A stretch of 64,000 nucleotides of DNA from IMGVR_UViG_3300029983_000007:62001-126000; one strand, 5' to 3'. Positions 37,228 to 47,650 are shown, counted from the first letter of the stretch. Program-made: numbers and translations. The notes: generated from the sequence alone by a model not told the origin.

Positions 37228-37512
37228 TTATAAATTAAATTTATTAGTTGTTCTCATAAATTCAGAGTCATCTTTAACTTTTGATATTGCAGTTCTTAGT
37301 CTTAATATCTGTGTTTCTTTCATTGCATTATAATTCTCACAAGATTTTTTTATATTATCAGCTAAATCTTTTATTCTACTATACTCATCATCAGTTAAGA
37401 AAATATTAGAACTCATGGTGTTGCCAAGTTTCAATTCTCCATTTTTAGGTTCAATAAAATATCCTTTTTCTCTTGAACTTTCGTTTATTTCTTCAAATTT
37501 ATTCACCTTCAT
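37228..37512 (-). CDS. Putative internal head protein
   Basis: MKVNKFEEINE...TNKFNL. Confidence 0.65.
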   Translation of the reverse strand: MKVNKFEEINESSREKGYFIEPKNGELKLGNTMSSNIFLTDDEYSRIKDLADNIKKSCENYNAMKETQILRLRTAISKVKDDSEFMRTTNKFNL

Positions 37513-37513
37513 A

Positions 37514-37855
37514 TTATATGTTAAATTTTTTTGAATTTTTATACACCTCAGGATTGTCTACAAATTTCATTATATCATCAAATTCACTTTGATTTATAAT
37601 ATCACAATATTTTTTTTTAGAACTAGATTCTATAATAATCATAACAGAATAAAAATATCCGTTATTTTCAAAATCTTTCTCAATAGTCTTTTCTATACTA
37701 ATTGCTTTAACTTTTTTAAGTCCATATCCATAATGATTTATTCTAAATTGATCATTGAAATTATAATAATCACTTATGAGATTCATAATATCTAACCTTA
37801 TTCTTTCACACTCATGGTTTAATTTTAAATATTCATCATATTTATTTACCTTCAT
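37514..37855 (-). CDS. Putative internal head protein (start corrected), paralog of 37857..38186
   Basis: MKVNKYDEYL...NPEVYKNSKKFNI. Confidence 0.7.
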   Translation of the reverse strand: MKVNKYDEYLKLNHECERIRLDIMNLISDYYNFNDQFRINHYGYGLKKVKAISIEKTIEKDFENNGYFYSVMIIIESSSKKKYCDIINQSEFDDIMKFVDNPEVYKNSKKFNI

Positions 37856-37856
37856 A

Positions 37857-38186
37857 TTATATGTTAAATTTTTTTGAGTTTTTATATACATCAGGATTTT
37901 CTATAAATTTAATCATATCATCATATTCACTTTGAGTTAACTTATCATAATTTCTACCTCCTGGTACATAATATTCTATCCAATAAAAATATTCTCCTGA
38001 ATCATAATCTATTTCATCAGACTTACTAACATTTAAGACAATTTTAATATTATTATCTCCAATATGAGTTATTCTGAAATCATCATTCAAATTATAATAA
38101 TCTTGAATTAGACTCATAATATTACTTCTTTCGATATCGTATTTATCTTTCAACTTTAAAAATTGTTCATATCTAGTTACTTTCAT
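37857..38186 (-). CDS. Putative internal head protein
   Basis: MKVTRYEQFL...NPDVYKNSKKFNI. Confidence 0.7.
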   Translation of the reverse strand: MKVTRYEQFLKLKDKYDIERSNIMSLIQDYYNLNDDFRITHIGDNNIKIVLNVSKSDEIDYDSGEYFYWIEYYVPGGRNYDKLTQSEYDDMIKFIENPDVYKNSKKFNI

Positions 38187-38192
38187 GCCAAT

Positions 38193-38498
38193 TTAATTCA
38201 TTTTGAAATATTTATCATAAACAAACTCAGCGGTATATTCTTTTCTTTTATCTTTAAGATTATTTATTTCTTCTAATATTTCTGGATTGTTATCAAACAT
38301 ATTTTTTAGATAAGATTCCGCTTCATCTAATTGATTAAAAGACTTTTCACTTATATGTTTTTCATTACAATATATGTGTGATATGTGATCAAATACATCA
38401 TCAACATAATTTCTTACTGGAAATTTCCATCCAAATGAATTTATTTCATATTCTGGATTTTTATTGTACATTTCCGTTATTAATTTAACGTGATTCAT
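38193..38498 (-). CDS. Late hypothetical protein
   Basis: MNHVKLITEMY; TTTATATATA at 38520-38529. Confidence 0.6.
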   Translation of the reverse strand: MNHVKLITEMYNKNPEYEINSFGWKFPVRNYVDDVFDHISHIYCNEKHISEKSFNQLDEAESYLKNMFDNNPEILEEINNLKDKRKEYTAEFVYDKYFKMN

Positions 38499-38540
38499 TT
38501 AAATATATTTATTTTTCAGTATATATAAAAAAAAATACAC

Positions 38541-40400
38541 TTAAATAAGTGTATTTTTTAATAATATTTCAAACTTTATATTTGTATCATTTTTAATATA
38601 TACTCTATTCATTATATTGAAAATATATTTAAATATTCTTTTAAGTTCTTTTCTTTGAGTTTTTCTTGCATCTATTAGAGTGCTACTGTAAATATCATTC
38701 AATTCAAATTTTGTATAAATTTTTTCAAATAGTATACTATTTTCAATGTCTTTATTTCTTTTGAAATATATTTTTTCTAAATCATTTGATTTTACTGTTC
38801 TACATTTAATTTCATTAAAGTCTGTATCTAGCCAAATATCATATATTTTTCTGATAGTATCATTTTTGAATTTTGAAATTATATTTTCATCTTTAATACT
38901 ATTTGTAATAATATAATTTAATATTTCTATTTCATCATTTTCAACTTTAATATCATTTTCACTACTAATATTATTAATATCCATTAATTTTTTATTGACT
39001 TCATCAGGTGCAAAAACTTTGCCTTTTTCATCTGATTCATTCCAAGCCATTGTGATACCCCACTTAACTCCTGAAATATCATTAATAATTTTATTTCTTA
39101 ATAAATCTAAAAATTTAATATTTTTATAATTTTCTTTTTTGCATTTTTTGAAAATATTAGATATTGAACCAATACCAGTATGTCCACCTGCAACTGTTCT
39201 ATCATCATCATATTCTAAATGTTGTTTGAAGTTTTTTAATAAACCATCCATATATGAACCTAAATTATCAATTGGTATACCATTCTTATCTTTTGGTAAA
39301 TCATCTGGCGACATATCAGACATTTTAGTTGTCAAATTTGCAATTTGAAGTGTATTACCATATTGTAACAGAACGAAATTTAATTTAGTATTATACTGAA
39401 TAATACCTGATTCAACATCTTGTGAAAAAATAGCCTTAGCTCTTAATGCATTCGCCCAAGTTCCTGACGGTACATACATTAAATTTCCTATTATTTGATA
39501 TACAACAGGCTTAACTTGCCATTTTAATTCATCAGTATTTATTACATTACCTTCATCATCATGATCTATGTATGGAATTTTTTGTGCAAATTTTTTCCAA
39601 AATTCATCTTGTGATGAAAATATTATTTTTTTACCATCTTCTGTGAACCCTTGTGATTCATTTCCAATACCTTTTGTTTTTGATTTCATTTGTTCTAATC
39701 TTAAATATGCATCAGATACAAATTCAGGTTCATCACCATTTTTGAAATTAGGATTATTTTTAGGATAGAATATTTTAAATAATCTGAAAATGTTATATAT
39801 TGATGGTTCTTGAGATGCATTTATAACTTCAATAAATGTTTTATGGTCAGAACGCTTGAGCATTTGATTAAATGATGCTGCAAAATTTAACTTTGCATTA
39901 TCACTATTGATAATATTATTTAAATCAAAATCTAATATACCTTTGATGTCTACATGATACTCATCATATTTTGCAGAATCAATCATGTCTATCCAATCTT
40001 TTGTGTCATTTGAAAATGGTATGCCTAATTGTTGAGCTAAACCTTCAGCTGCAGAACCAGTATTTGTTTTTATACTACCTTTCTTTTGTGCTATTATTTT
40101 CTCTTCTTCAGAAAAAATTCCATGGTGGTCGACATAATAATTAAATGACTCATCATCCGAAGAAAAATCTAATGTTATATTAATCAGTGAGTTATCTAAT
40201 TTGAATGCATCAACACCTTCTTGGTAATCAATCAAACCATATCTAAGAATTTTAAAATCATGATTAATTAAATAATTCTTCATTATTATTGCGGAAACTA
40301 TTCCGTCTAAATCATTGTGTGTAATTAAACATACATTTTTTCCAGATTTGCCTTTTTTTAGCCAATAATTTATATCATTTGGAAGTCTTGGTGCAGCCAT
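38541..40400 (-). CDS. DHH-family phosphoesterase
   Basis: HNDLDG, LDFS, VDHH, AGGH. Confidence 0.8.
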   Translation of the reverse strand: MAAPRLPNDINYWLKKGKSGKNVCLITHNDLDGIVSAIIMKNYLINHDFKILRYGLIDYQEGVDAFKLDNSLINITLDFSSDDESFNYYVDHHGIFSEEEKIIAQKKGSIKTNTGSAAEGLAQQLGIPFSNDTKDWIDMIDSAKYDEYHVDIKGILDFDLNNIINSDNAKLNFAASFNQMLKRSDHKTFIEVINASQEPSIYNIFRLFKIFYPKNNPNFKNGDEPEFVSDAYLRLEQMKSKTKGIGNESQGFTEDGKKIIFSSQDEFWKKFAQKIPYIDHDDEGNVINTDELKWQVKPVVYQIIGNLMYVPSGTWANALRAKAIFSQDVESGIIQYNTKLNFVLLQYGNTLQIANLTTKMSDMSPDDLPKDKNGIPIDNLGSYMDGLLKNFKQHLEYDDDRTVAGGHTGIGSISNIFKKCKKENYKNIKFLDLLRNKIINDISGVKWGITMAWNESDEKGKVFAPDEVNKKLMDINNISSENDIKVENDEIEILNYIITNSIKDENIISKFKNDTIRKIYDIWLDTDFNEIKCRTVKSNDLEKIYFKRNKDIENSILFEKIYTKFELNDIYSSTLIDARKTQRKELKRIFKYIFNIMNRVYIKNDTNIKFEILLKNTLI

Positions 40401-40425
40401 ATTTTTTATTTTTATAATTAGATTA

Positions 40426-40455
40426 CAAAGATAACAAAATATTTCTAATATACAA
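40426..40455 (-). promoter_or_regulatory. Bacteroidota-type promoter
   Basis: TTG-N19-TATCTTTG. Confidence 0.7.
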
Positions 40456-40467
40456 CCATTTGACTGT

Positions 40468-40953
40468 TTAATTTTTCTTGGAGAGTAGAGATGTTATATC
40501 ACTAATAAACTTATCAGAATGTTTTGGATTCATATTTTCAACAATTGAAAAATTACCATTCCCTTTTACTTTTATTCCTTCTGTGATTTTTCTAAGTTCT
40601 GGCTTAGTTGAATAGTATTTCAATAAACTATTAACAAATTCATTAATATTCATTTTTAATTTTTCATTGTACTTAACAATGTGTAATTGATTATCTTTCT
40701 TTCTGATAAAATAATCAGTATCAGAATATTTATTTTTAATTGTTTCAAGTATATCAGTTATATTACCGTTATTGAATTTGATAATTCTTTCTTCTAATAT
40801 TTCAATTGTTGAAGTAGAATCATCTTTAGGAGTCAATAAAACTTCTTCTTTTATAGGTTCATCTTCAATATAAGTATTAATTGAAATTTTAGATTCAGTA
40901 GGTATGTTTTGTACATTTAATGTATCAAAATCACTATAGCGTTTTATTGGCAT
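40468..40953 (-). CDS. Late protein, paralog of 54902..55306
   Basis: KYN.K...N...F...L..Y...GN..FSI shared. Confidence 0.65.
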   Translation of the reverse strand: MPIKRYSDFDTLNVQNIPTESKISINTYIEDEPIKEEVLLTPKDDSTSTIEILEERIIKFNNGNITDILETIKNKYSDTDYFIRKKDNQLHIVKYNEKLKMNINEFVNSLLKYYSTKPELRKITEGIKVKGNGNFSIVENMNPKHSDKFISDITSLLSKKN

Positions 40954-40984
40954 ATTTTTTTATTAATTTTATATTAATTTATAT

Positions 40985-41011
40985 TATATATTAATAAATT
41001 AAAGTCATTTT
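40985..41011 (-). promoter_or_regulatory. Putative late promoter
   Basis: AAAATGA-N10-TTAATATATA. Confidence 0.65.
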
Positions 41012-41073
41012 ATTTTTATTGACAAATAAATGTTATTTGTAGTTAAATAAATACCTTATTCATTCAAATTGTA

Positions 41074-41103
41074 TTGTATATTTATGATAATGTTGTATCT
41101 TTG
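41074..41103 (+). promoter_or_regulatory. Bacteroidota-type promoter
   Basis: TTG-N19-TATCTTTG. Confidence 0.7.
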
Positions 41104-41213
41104 TATTCAAATTAATTGAAATGATGAAAGAATAAATTAAAATAGACTGAATTTGCACTACAATATGACGGAGATTATTCATTTAAAGTATTTAAAATTT
41201 AATAAAAAACATT

Positions 41214-41528
41214 ATGAACTTGGAACAAATCGAATTTAAAACAATTGAAGATTTTGATAGTATTAAAAATTCAAAATTTTATGACATTCTTAAAGATTTT
41301 GATATTCTCAAAATGACATCTGAACAGGAAGAAGAACTTAAGATTTTTATTCTTAGTTTATCTGATGAAGAAATTGACTCTGTTATGATTAAAATTATTG
41401 ATGATGATTATTGTAATTGTTCCACTATTTATGAGCACAAAAAAAATAAAAAGATGAAAGAATTCTTATCAGATTTAAGATTTGAAAAAATTTTAGAAAG
41501 AATATTATATGTACCTAAGAATTATTAA
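41214..41528 (+). CDS. hypothetical acidic protein
   Basis: 104 aa ORF between promoter and terminator. Confidence 0.6.
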   Translation: MNLEQIEFKTIEDFDSIKNSKFYDILKDFDILKMTSEQEEELKIFILSLSDEEIDSVMIKIIDDDYCNCSTIYEHKKNKKMKEFLSDLRFEKILERILYVPKNY

Positions 41529-41544
41529 ATATTAATAAATTCGC

Positions 41545-41584
41545 AAAAAAAAAGATTATTACTATTAAGTAATAATCTTTTTTT
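41545..41584. terminator. Bidirectional terminator
   Basis: AAAAAAAGATTATTACT...AGTAATAATCTTTTTTT. Confidence 0.8.
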
Positions 41585-41597
41585 GTTTAAAAATTAA

Positions 41598-42110
41598 TTA
41601 GATTTCTTGTGCTGGAACTTGTGCAGCAGCAGATTGAGCACTTGGTTGAATAGTTGCCTGAACTTGTGCCTGAGCACTACCTGCAGGTTGAGCTTGTGCT
41701 GTACCTGGCTGAACTTGTGCTTGTGCCTGTGCTCCTTGTGCTGGCTGAACTTGTGATTCATCACCATACTCATCTTGTGCACCTTGTGCCTGTGGTTGTG
41801 CTTGAACTGGTCCTTTATCAGATCCTGTTACTATTTCAACTGGAAGATTTTCAATATTCAAATAGTTTTCATTAGCCCATTGTACTAATCTTTCAGCTAA
41901 TCTTTTTTCACCCATTTCTGCTCTCAAATCTTTTCCTGTACTTTCTTTAACTTTCTTAATGAATGAGCCAACTAAAGATTTTGGAAGATCGACATCAACA
42001 CTTACACGATAAAAATCGTCAATTGCGTCTACCATTTCATTTACTGCTGATACTTGTGTTGTAGATTTCTTACCTTTGAAATCATTTAAACTTAAAATAT
42101 TTTTTGTCAT
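41598..42110 (-). CDS. Late protein with Q/A/P low-complexity tail
   Basis: MTKNILSLNDF; AQAQ repeats. Confidence 0.7.
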   Translation of the reverse strand: MTKNILSLNDFKGKKSTTQVSAVNEMVDAIDDFYRVSVDVDLPKSLVGSFIKKVKESTGKDLRAEMGEKRLAERLVQWANENYLNIENLPVEIVTGSDKGPVQAQPQAQGAQDEYGDESQVQPAQGAQAQAQVQPGTAQAQPAGSAQAQVQATIQPSAQSAAAQVPAQEI

Positions 42111-42150
42111 TTTTTCAATATTATTTTTTTTGTATATTAATTTTGTATAT

Positions 42151-42178
42151 TATATATTAAAATTCATATGTTCATTTT
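42151..42178 (-). promoter_or_regulatory. Putative late promoter
   Basis: AAAATGA-N11-TTAATATATA. Confidence 0.65.
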
Positions 42179-42291
42179 TATTCAATCATATATATTAAAT
42201 AAAAAATATGAATTTTTGTATTTTTACTAATTATTATTTATTAAACTTTAAATGAAAATTTTTATAAATAAATTAAATTAAATTAGAAAAC

Positions 42292-42795
42292 ATGAAAATA
42301 AATATAATTGTAGCAGTATCAGAAAATTGGGTAATTGGAAAAGATAATAAATTATTATGGAGATTGAGTAACGATCTTAAAAAATTCAAAGAATTAACAT
42401 TAAATAAGCCTATTATTATGGGTGACAAAACTTTTTATTCTTTACCAAAAGGAGCATTACCAAATAGAACTAACATTATTTTGACATTAGACAAGAGTTT
42501 TAATGAACCTGATACTATTCCAGTATATTCAATAGAAGATGCTTTAAAAACAGCCGAGATGTATGGTGATGATGTGTTTATAACAGGAGGAGGAAGTATA
42601 TATAAACAATTCTTAGATATATCAGATACTGTGTATTTAACTGTAGTTCATACAATTATAGATGGAGATACTATATTTCCAGAACTTGATGATAAATGGA
42701 TTTGTATATCAGAAGAATTTAAATCAAAAGATGAAAAGAATGATTATGACCATACTTATAAAATATATAATAAAAAATATGATAATGTTAAATAA
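42292..42795 (+). CDS. folA: Dihydrofolate reductase
   Basis: IVAVSENWVIG, LLWRLSNDL, IIMG, LPNRTN, GGGSIY. Confidence 0.95.
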   Translation: MKINIIVAVSENWVIGKDNKLLWRLSNDLKKFKELTLNKPIIMGDKTFYSLPKGALPNRTNIILTLDKSFNEPDTIPVYSIEDALKTAEMYGDDVFITGGGSIYKQFLDISDTVYLTVVHTIIDGDTIFPELDDKWICISEEFKSKDEKNDYDHTYKIYNKKYDNVK

Positions 42796-42850
42796 TATAT
42801 AAAATAACAAATCATAAAATTAACAATCAAACAAAAAATAATTAAAATAA

Positions 42851-44191
42851 ATGGCTAAAAAAGAAAAAAGTGATAAAATATTTGTACTTGATACAAGTGT
42901 AATACTTTATGATCACAATGCAATTTACAATTTTGAAGAAAATGATGTTGCAATTCCTATTACAGTATTCGAAGAATTAGATGATTTCAAAAAGGGTAAT
43001 GACACAATTAATTATGAGGCAAGAGAATTTATTAGAAAAACAGATAAATTAGCATCTAAATGTAATTTGAGCGATTGGATTCCTATTGGTAAAGGAAAAG
43101 GTAGAGTTAAGGTTGTGATGAATGAAACAACTGGAACAACTGATGCTTGTTTAGTTTTTAAATCTACAAAGCCAGATCATTTAATTTTAAATACTGCGTT
43201 GTCATTGGTAGAAGAATATCCTGACAAAAAGATTATACTTGTATCAAAAGATATAAATTTAAGATTGAAAGCTAAATCTTTAAATGTTAATTCTGAAGAT
43301 TATTTAACAGGTAAAATTAAAGATACTGATAAATTATTTACAGGTAGATCAACAATTGAATTAGATACAGATGATATAATTACTAAACTATATCAAGATA
43401 ATGTTTGTACACCACAAGAACTTGGTATTACAGATTTATTAAATAATAAATATTTAATTATTAAATCATCTATTTCTGCTGCATCAGCTTTAGCATATTA
43501 TAATTCATCAAAACAGCAAGTGGAAAGAATAGATAAAGAAACATGTTATAAAATAACACCAAGAAATTCTGAACAAGTATTTGCGTTACATGCATTATTA
43601 AATCCTGATGTTAAATTAGTATCATTACAAGGAGTTGCAGGAACAGGAAAAACATTGTTAGCTTTGGCTGCTGCACTTAGTCAGAAGAGAAATTTTAAAC
43701 AAATATTTTTGGCGAGACCAATTGTGCCATTAAGTGGAAAAGACATAGGCTATCTTCCTGGCGATGTTGATCAGAAGACATCAGTGTACATGATGCCTCT
43801 GTTCGATAATCTAAAATTTATACAAAGTCAGTTTAAAGATACTGATAAGGAATATAAATTCATTCAAGATTGTATTAAAGACGAAAAAGTAATAATAACT
43901 CCTTTGACATATATTCGTGGACGTAGTATTTCAAATGTTTTTTTTATTGTTGACGAATCTCAGAACCTTACTCCTCATGAAATAAAAACTATTATAACAA
44001 GAGCAGGAGAAGGTACAAAGATTGTGTTCACTGGAGATATAAATCAGATCGACACACCTTATTTAGATGCTCAAAGTAATGGATTATCACATTTAATTGC
44101 TAAAATAAAAGGACAACCTATTTATTCTCATGTGACTCTTGAAAAAGGAGAACGTTCTGAATTAGCAAATATTGCAAATGAATTACTTTAA
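42851..44191 (+). CDS. phoH: PIN-PhoH (PhoH2/YlaK-like) protein
   Basis: N-terminal VLDTSV PIN domain; GVAGTGKT, YIRGRS, DESQN, GDINQID. Confidence 0.92.
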   Translation: MAKKEKSDKIFVLDTSVILYDHNAIYNFEENDVAIPITVFEELDDFKKGNDTINYEAREFIRKTDKLASKCNLSDWIPIGKGKGRVKVVMNETTGTTDACLVFKSTKPDHLILNTALSLVEEYPDKKIILVSKDINLRLKAKSLNVNSEDYLTGKIKDTDKLFTGRSTIELDTDDIITKLYQDNVCTPQELGITDLLNNKYLIIKSSISAASALAYYNSSKQQVERIDKETCYKITPRNSEQVFALHALLNPDVKLVSLQGVAGTGKTLLALAAALSQKRNFKQIFLARPIVPLSGKDIGYLPGDVDQKTSVYMMPLFDNLKFIQSQFKDTDKEYKFIQDCIKDEKVIITPLTYIRGRSISNVFFIVDESQNLTPHEIKTIITRAGEGTKIVFTGDINQIDTPYLDAQSNGLSHLIAKIKGQPIYSHVTLEKGERSELANIANELL

Positions 44192-44219
44192 TCTATCCCT
44201 TTTAAAATTATTATAAACT

Positions 44220-44251
44220 AAAAAAGCTACTCATTATGAGTAGCTTTTTTT
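44220..44251. terminator. Bidirectional terminator
   Basis: AAAAAGCTACTCAT-T-ATGAGTAGCTTTTT. Confidence 0.8.
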
Positions 44252-44924
44252 ATTCCTTTTTTTCTTTTTTAAGTTTAACTGCATCTTTTATGCTAAATTT
44301 CTTTATTACCATTGGTTCATCTACTGATTCTACATAAACATCTCTACCATTTATTCTATTGACATATCCTTTAACTATATCATTATCAATAAATACACCA
44401 GCATTTAGTATAGGTCTTTCTTTTGGTGTTTGTGGGTCAATAATATTAAAGTCTGAAATCTTCTTTATTTCTTGTGCTTTAACTGCTCCAATACCAAAAA
44501 GAGGATTTGATTTGTATTCTTTTTCTTGACCTAACATTGTATATTTAGGCATTTCATTAGACTCTTTTACCACATCTTTTGCAACATCTGTTCTTTTAGT
44601 TTTTGTAGATTCTAAATCTTTCCAATTTTCATCAAAATCTTTAAATTTCAAAACATTTTTTATATCTTTCATATTACTATATTTATTTTCTTTTACTGTT
44701 TTATTTACTAATTTAGATTTGAATGCTATAGTTTGTAGTTTACTATCTTTAGCAGCAAATTCTTCCCAACTACTGATATGATTATCAACAGGATTTCCTA
44801 TATATTGAAGATTTGGTATACCTTTATTCAATCTATCATTTGTTGTTAAATCTCCAATGTCTTTTCCTTTTGTTTCTTTTCTTAACTTTTTTAATTGTTT
44901 AATTGTAGTATCTCTGGGTAACAT
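44250..44924 (-). CDS. Late protein with TKRTDVAKD motif
   Basis: NVLKFKDFDE...TKRTDVAKDVVKE; TTAATATATA at 44946-44955. Confidence 0.65.
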   Translation of the reverse strand: MLPRDTTIKQLKKLRKETKGKDIGDLTTNDRLNKGIPNLQYIGNPVDNHISSWEEFAAKDSKLQTIAFKSKLVNKTVKENKYSNMKDIKNVLKFKDFDENWKDLESTKTKRTDVAKDVVKESNEMPKYTMLGQEKEYKSNPLFGIGAVKAQEIKKISDFNIIDPQTPKERPILNAGVFIDNDIVKGYVNRINGRDVYVESVDEPMVIKKFSIKDAVKLKKEKKE

Positions 44925-44997
44925 ATTAATTAGTTATTTTTTATGTATATATTAAATATCATTTTCCGTTTTTTTATATAAAAAAATGTTGTGAAAA

Positions 44998-45501
44998 TTA
45001 ATCCACAACATTTTTATTTTCTTTATTCATTTTTTCTAATAATTCAAGAATTTTTGTTTTCTCTGTGAAGGTTTGAATTTTTTCATCTGAAATTTCTAAC
45101 GGTATAAAATGTAAAACTATTTCACCTCCTGCCAATTTATGTAATTTACCTTCAACAGTATGCCAATCTAAAATTCTATGTATTCCTTTTATAGGTGGAA
45201 TAACATTAACATTTTTTGAAATTTTAATAGCATGTTTTTTGAGTCTTTTATAAATTTCAATGCTAGGTGTTCCTTGATTGCTAATAACTCCAATCTCTTT
45301 ACCATTCTCATCAAATAGTTTAGAATAAACAGTAAAATCAATATTACAACGTGTTACTGTATATCCAAGTTCTATACATATATCTTCCATGAATCCAACA
45401 TTAAATATATCGCTTATTACATAGTAAGCTATTATACCATATTTTTCAATTATTGGATTTTTAATGTTGTTGTTTTTTTCTATGAATTCTTCTTTTGTCA
45501 T
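44998..45501 (-). CDS. hypothetical protein (start probably MTKEEF)
   Basis: long ORF. Confidence 0.55.
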   Translation of the reverse strand: MTKEEFIEKNNNIKNPIIEKYGIIAYYVISDIFNVGFMEDICIELGYTVTRCNIDFTVYSKLFDENGKEIGVISNQGTPSIEIYKRLKKHAIKISKNVNVIPPIKGIHRILDWHTVEGKLHKLAGGEIVLHFIPLEISDEKIQTFTEKTKILELLEKMNKENKNVVD

Positions 45502-45511
45502 TTTGATATTT

Positions 45512-45730
45512 TTACCAACAGTCATAATCAGTTATATTTTTTTCTTCTTTAAGATAATTATCTATTATAGTTACTGCTGTTGCTATTCCTGTTGGAGTAA
45601 ATCTATAACTAAATCTACCACCTATTCCTGTTTGTGGAGATTTTTTTATTTTTTTTTGTTTTTCCATCCACTCATTTGCGGATTTTTCTTCTTTCTCTGT
45701 TAAATCAAATTTAATCATATTTTTAATCAT
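45512..45730 (-). CDS. small phage protein
   Basis: IGGRFSYRFTPTGI...ITDYDCW. Confidence 0.65.
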   Translation of the reverse strand: MIKNMIKFDLTEKEEKSANEWMEKQKKIKKSPQTGIGGRFSYRFTPTGIATAVTIIDNYLKEEKNITDYDCW

Positions 45731-46592
45731 TTGGTTCTATGTGAATATAAATTTCACTTCTCTTTATTTTATTTTTTATTTCATTCTCAATTTTATCACA
45801 GACAGAATGAGCTTCTAATAAAGTTAATTCAGAATTTAAATGTAAGTCAAATTTTATAAATGTATCTGCACCTGAGCTTCTAACTTTTAAATCATGAAAT
45901 AGTTTTACATCTTCACAACTATTTAATATATCTACTATAATATCACTCACACCTACTGGTGCTTTATCTAACAGAACATCAATTGCATTTTTAGCTAATC
46001 TATAAGAAACTAATATAATTATAAAGGCAACACCTAATGCAGCAACAGAATCAGCCCAATAAACATTAAAATTTATAAGAATCAAACCAACTAATACAAC
46101 ACATGAACTCCATATATCTGTTTTAAAATGAATAGAATCTGCTTCTAATGCTTGACTGTTATATTTTTTTGCTACTTTTTTTAACATTCTTGAACGATTT
46201 ATATCAATTATAATAGATGATATAATAACCACATAACTCCATATAGTTACTTCAACATCAAAATCGTTAGAAATTAATTTTGATAATGATTCTGAAATTA
46301 TCCAAATGCTTGTAACACCTAATAACATTGCTTCTGCAAATGCTGATAAATTCTCTACTTTACCGTGCCCATAATTATGTTTATAATCTGCAGGTTTATC
46401 TGATACTCTAACAGAAAAATATGTAATAATAGCAGCAACCATATCCAATGTTGAATGTAATGCTTCTGATAATATTCCTAAACTGCCTGTCATCAATCCA
46501 ATTATAAGCTTGAATAATGTCAATGCTCCTGATGCAATAACAGATAAAAAAGCTGCTTTCTTTTTTTCAGTTGTGTCTAATTTTTGTTCCAT
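45723..46592 (-). CDS. Cation diffusion facilitator (FieF/YiiP-like) metal transporter
   Basis: SEALHSTLD, KPADYKHNYGHGKVE, ADSIHFKTD, IHIEP. Confidence 0.92.
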   Translation of the reverse strand: MEQKLDTTEKKKAAFLSVIASGALTLFKLIIGLMTGSLGILSEALHSTLDMVAAIITYFSVRVSDKPADYKHNYGHGKVENLSAFAEAMLLGVTSIWIISESLSKLISNDFDVEVTIWSYVVIISSIIIDINRSRMLKKVAKKYNSQALEADSIHFKTDIWSSCVVLVGLILINFNVYWADSVAALGVAFIIILVSYRLAKNAIDVLLDKAPVGVSDIIVDILNSCEDVKLFHDLKVRSSGADTFIKFDLHLNSELTLLEAHSVCDKIENEIKNKIKRSEIYIHIEPND

Positions 46593-46603
46593 TTTTCTTA
46601 TAA

Positions 46604-46846
46604 TTAATTTACTTCACTAAGAGTTTTGAGTTTTTGTTTACGAATCATTTTTTTTACAAATAAATGATAATCATATAGTTTTATTGATATTTTAATATTT
46701 CTATATTTTGCCAATTCCATATCAAAATACTTTACTGTGTAGCAAGCTACTTCATCAGAGTAAGAGTGTATTTTTATATCTTCTATTGTATTTTCCCCTA
46801 ATGCATTTATAGATAATAAATAACTCTTTACTGTTGGATTTTTCAT
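46604..46846 (-). CDS. RxxKL-tail protein
   Basis: ends MIRKQKLKTLSEVN. Confidence 0.65.
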   Translation of the reverse strand: MKNPTVKSYLLSINALGENTIEDIKIHSYSDEVACYTVKYFDMELAKYRNIKISIKLYDYHLFVKKMIRKQKLKTLSEVN

Positions 46847-47259
46847 GGTTTTAGTTTACCTATTGTTTCAATTTTTATATTAATTAATGATACTAATCTA
46901 TTTATTTCTTGTGAATGTATACCTCCCTGTGACATAGTCCACATTTTTTTTATTTCTACATCAAACAAATCTTTCAATTCTTTAACTGTATCAGTATCAT
47001 TTATCAAAGATTCAACTTTATCACGATAATCAAAAAATACATCACTTTTTCTACTTATATTAAATGAAAATGTTATTAAAATTGAAAACATAAATGACAA
47101 ACCAACAGAGAATTTCAACATAACATTATGAATCCTAATATCATCATTAGGAATAACATAATAGAATAATAGATAACAAAAACTAACAAAAAATACAAAT
47201 GATAACACAAAAACAATCCATAAAGAACATGTATCAAAATACTTACTTAATGTTTTCAT
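46843..47259 (-). CDS. two-TM membrane protein (start MKTLSK)
   Basis: two hydrophobic helices. Confidence 0.55.
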   Translation of the reverse strand: MKTLSKYFDTCSLWIVFVLSFVFFVSFCYLLFYYVIPNDDIRIHNVMLKFSVGLSFMFSILITFSFNISRKSDVFFDYRDKVESLINDTDTVKELKDLFDVEIKKMWTMSQGGIHSQEINRLVSLINIKIETIGKLKP

Positions 47260-47317
47260 AATTTTTATTTTTATAAGTGTAAATAATAAAGAATTGACCA
47301 CAATAAAATTGATATTT

Positions 47318-47650
47318 TCATAATCCTATGCTTATAAATAACATTATACAATTACTTTTAAAAATGCTAGAAAAAATACAATATGCATTTAAAAATTCAG
47401 CAAATTCAGATGTGATTTCCCTATATTTTATGTCAGCATCTTTTTGAGATATTTTTTTATCAAGTAATTTATTTTTTATATCAATCATTCTGATAGCAAG
47501 GCTAAATACTTTTTTAACCAATTTATCTGAAAAAACTCCAACAAATTCAAAAGTTTCCATTAATTTATTGAATGCTTTATAATTATCAATATTATTCTCG
47601 TTTATCCAAGAATTTTCTAAGTCATATCCATATTCTGATTTCATGCTCAT
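47318..47650 (-). CDS. hypothetical protein (start MSMKSE)
   Basis: TATCTTTG at 47678-47685 upstream. Confidence 0.55.
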   Translation of the reverse strand: MSMKSEYGYDLENSWINENNIDNYKAFNKLMETFEFVGVFSDKLVKKVFSLAIRMIDIKNKLLDKKISQKDADIKYREITSEFAEFLNAYCIFSSIFKSNCIMLFISIGL

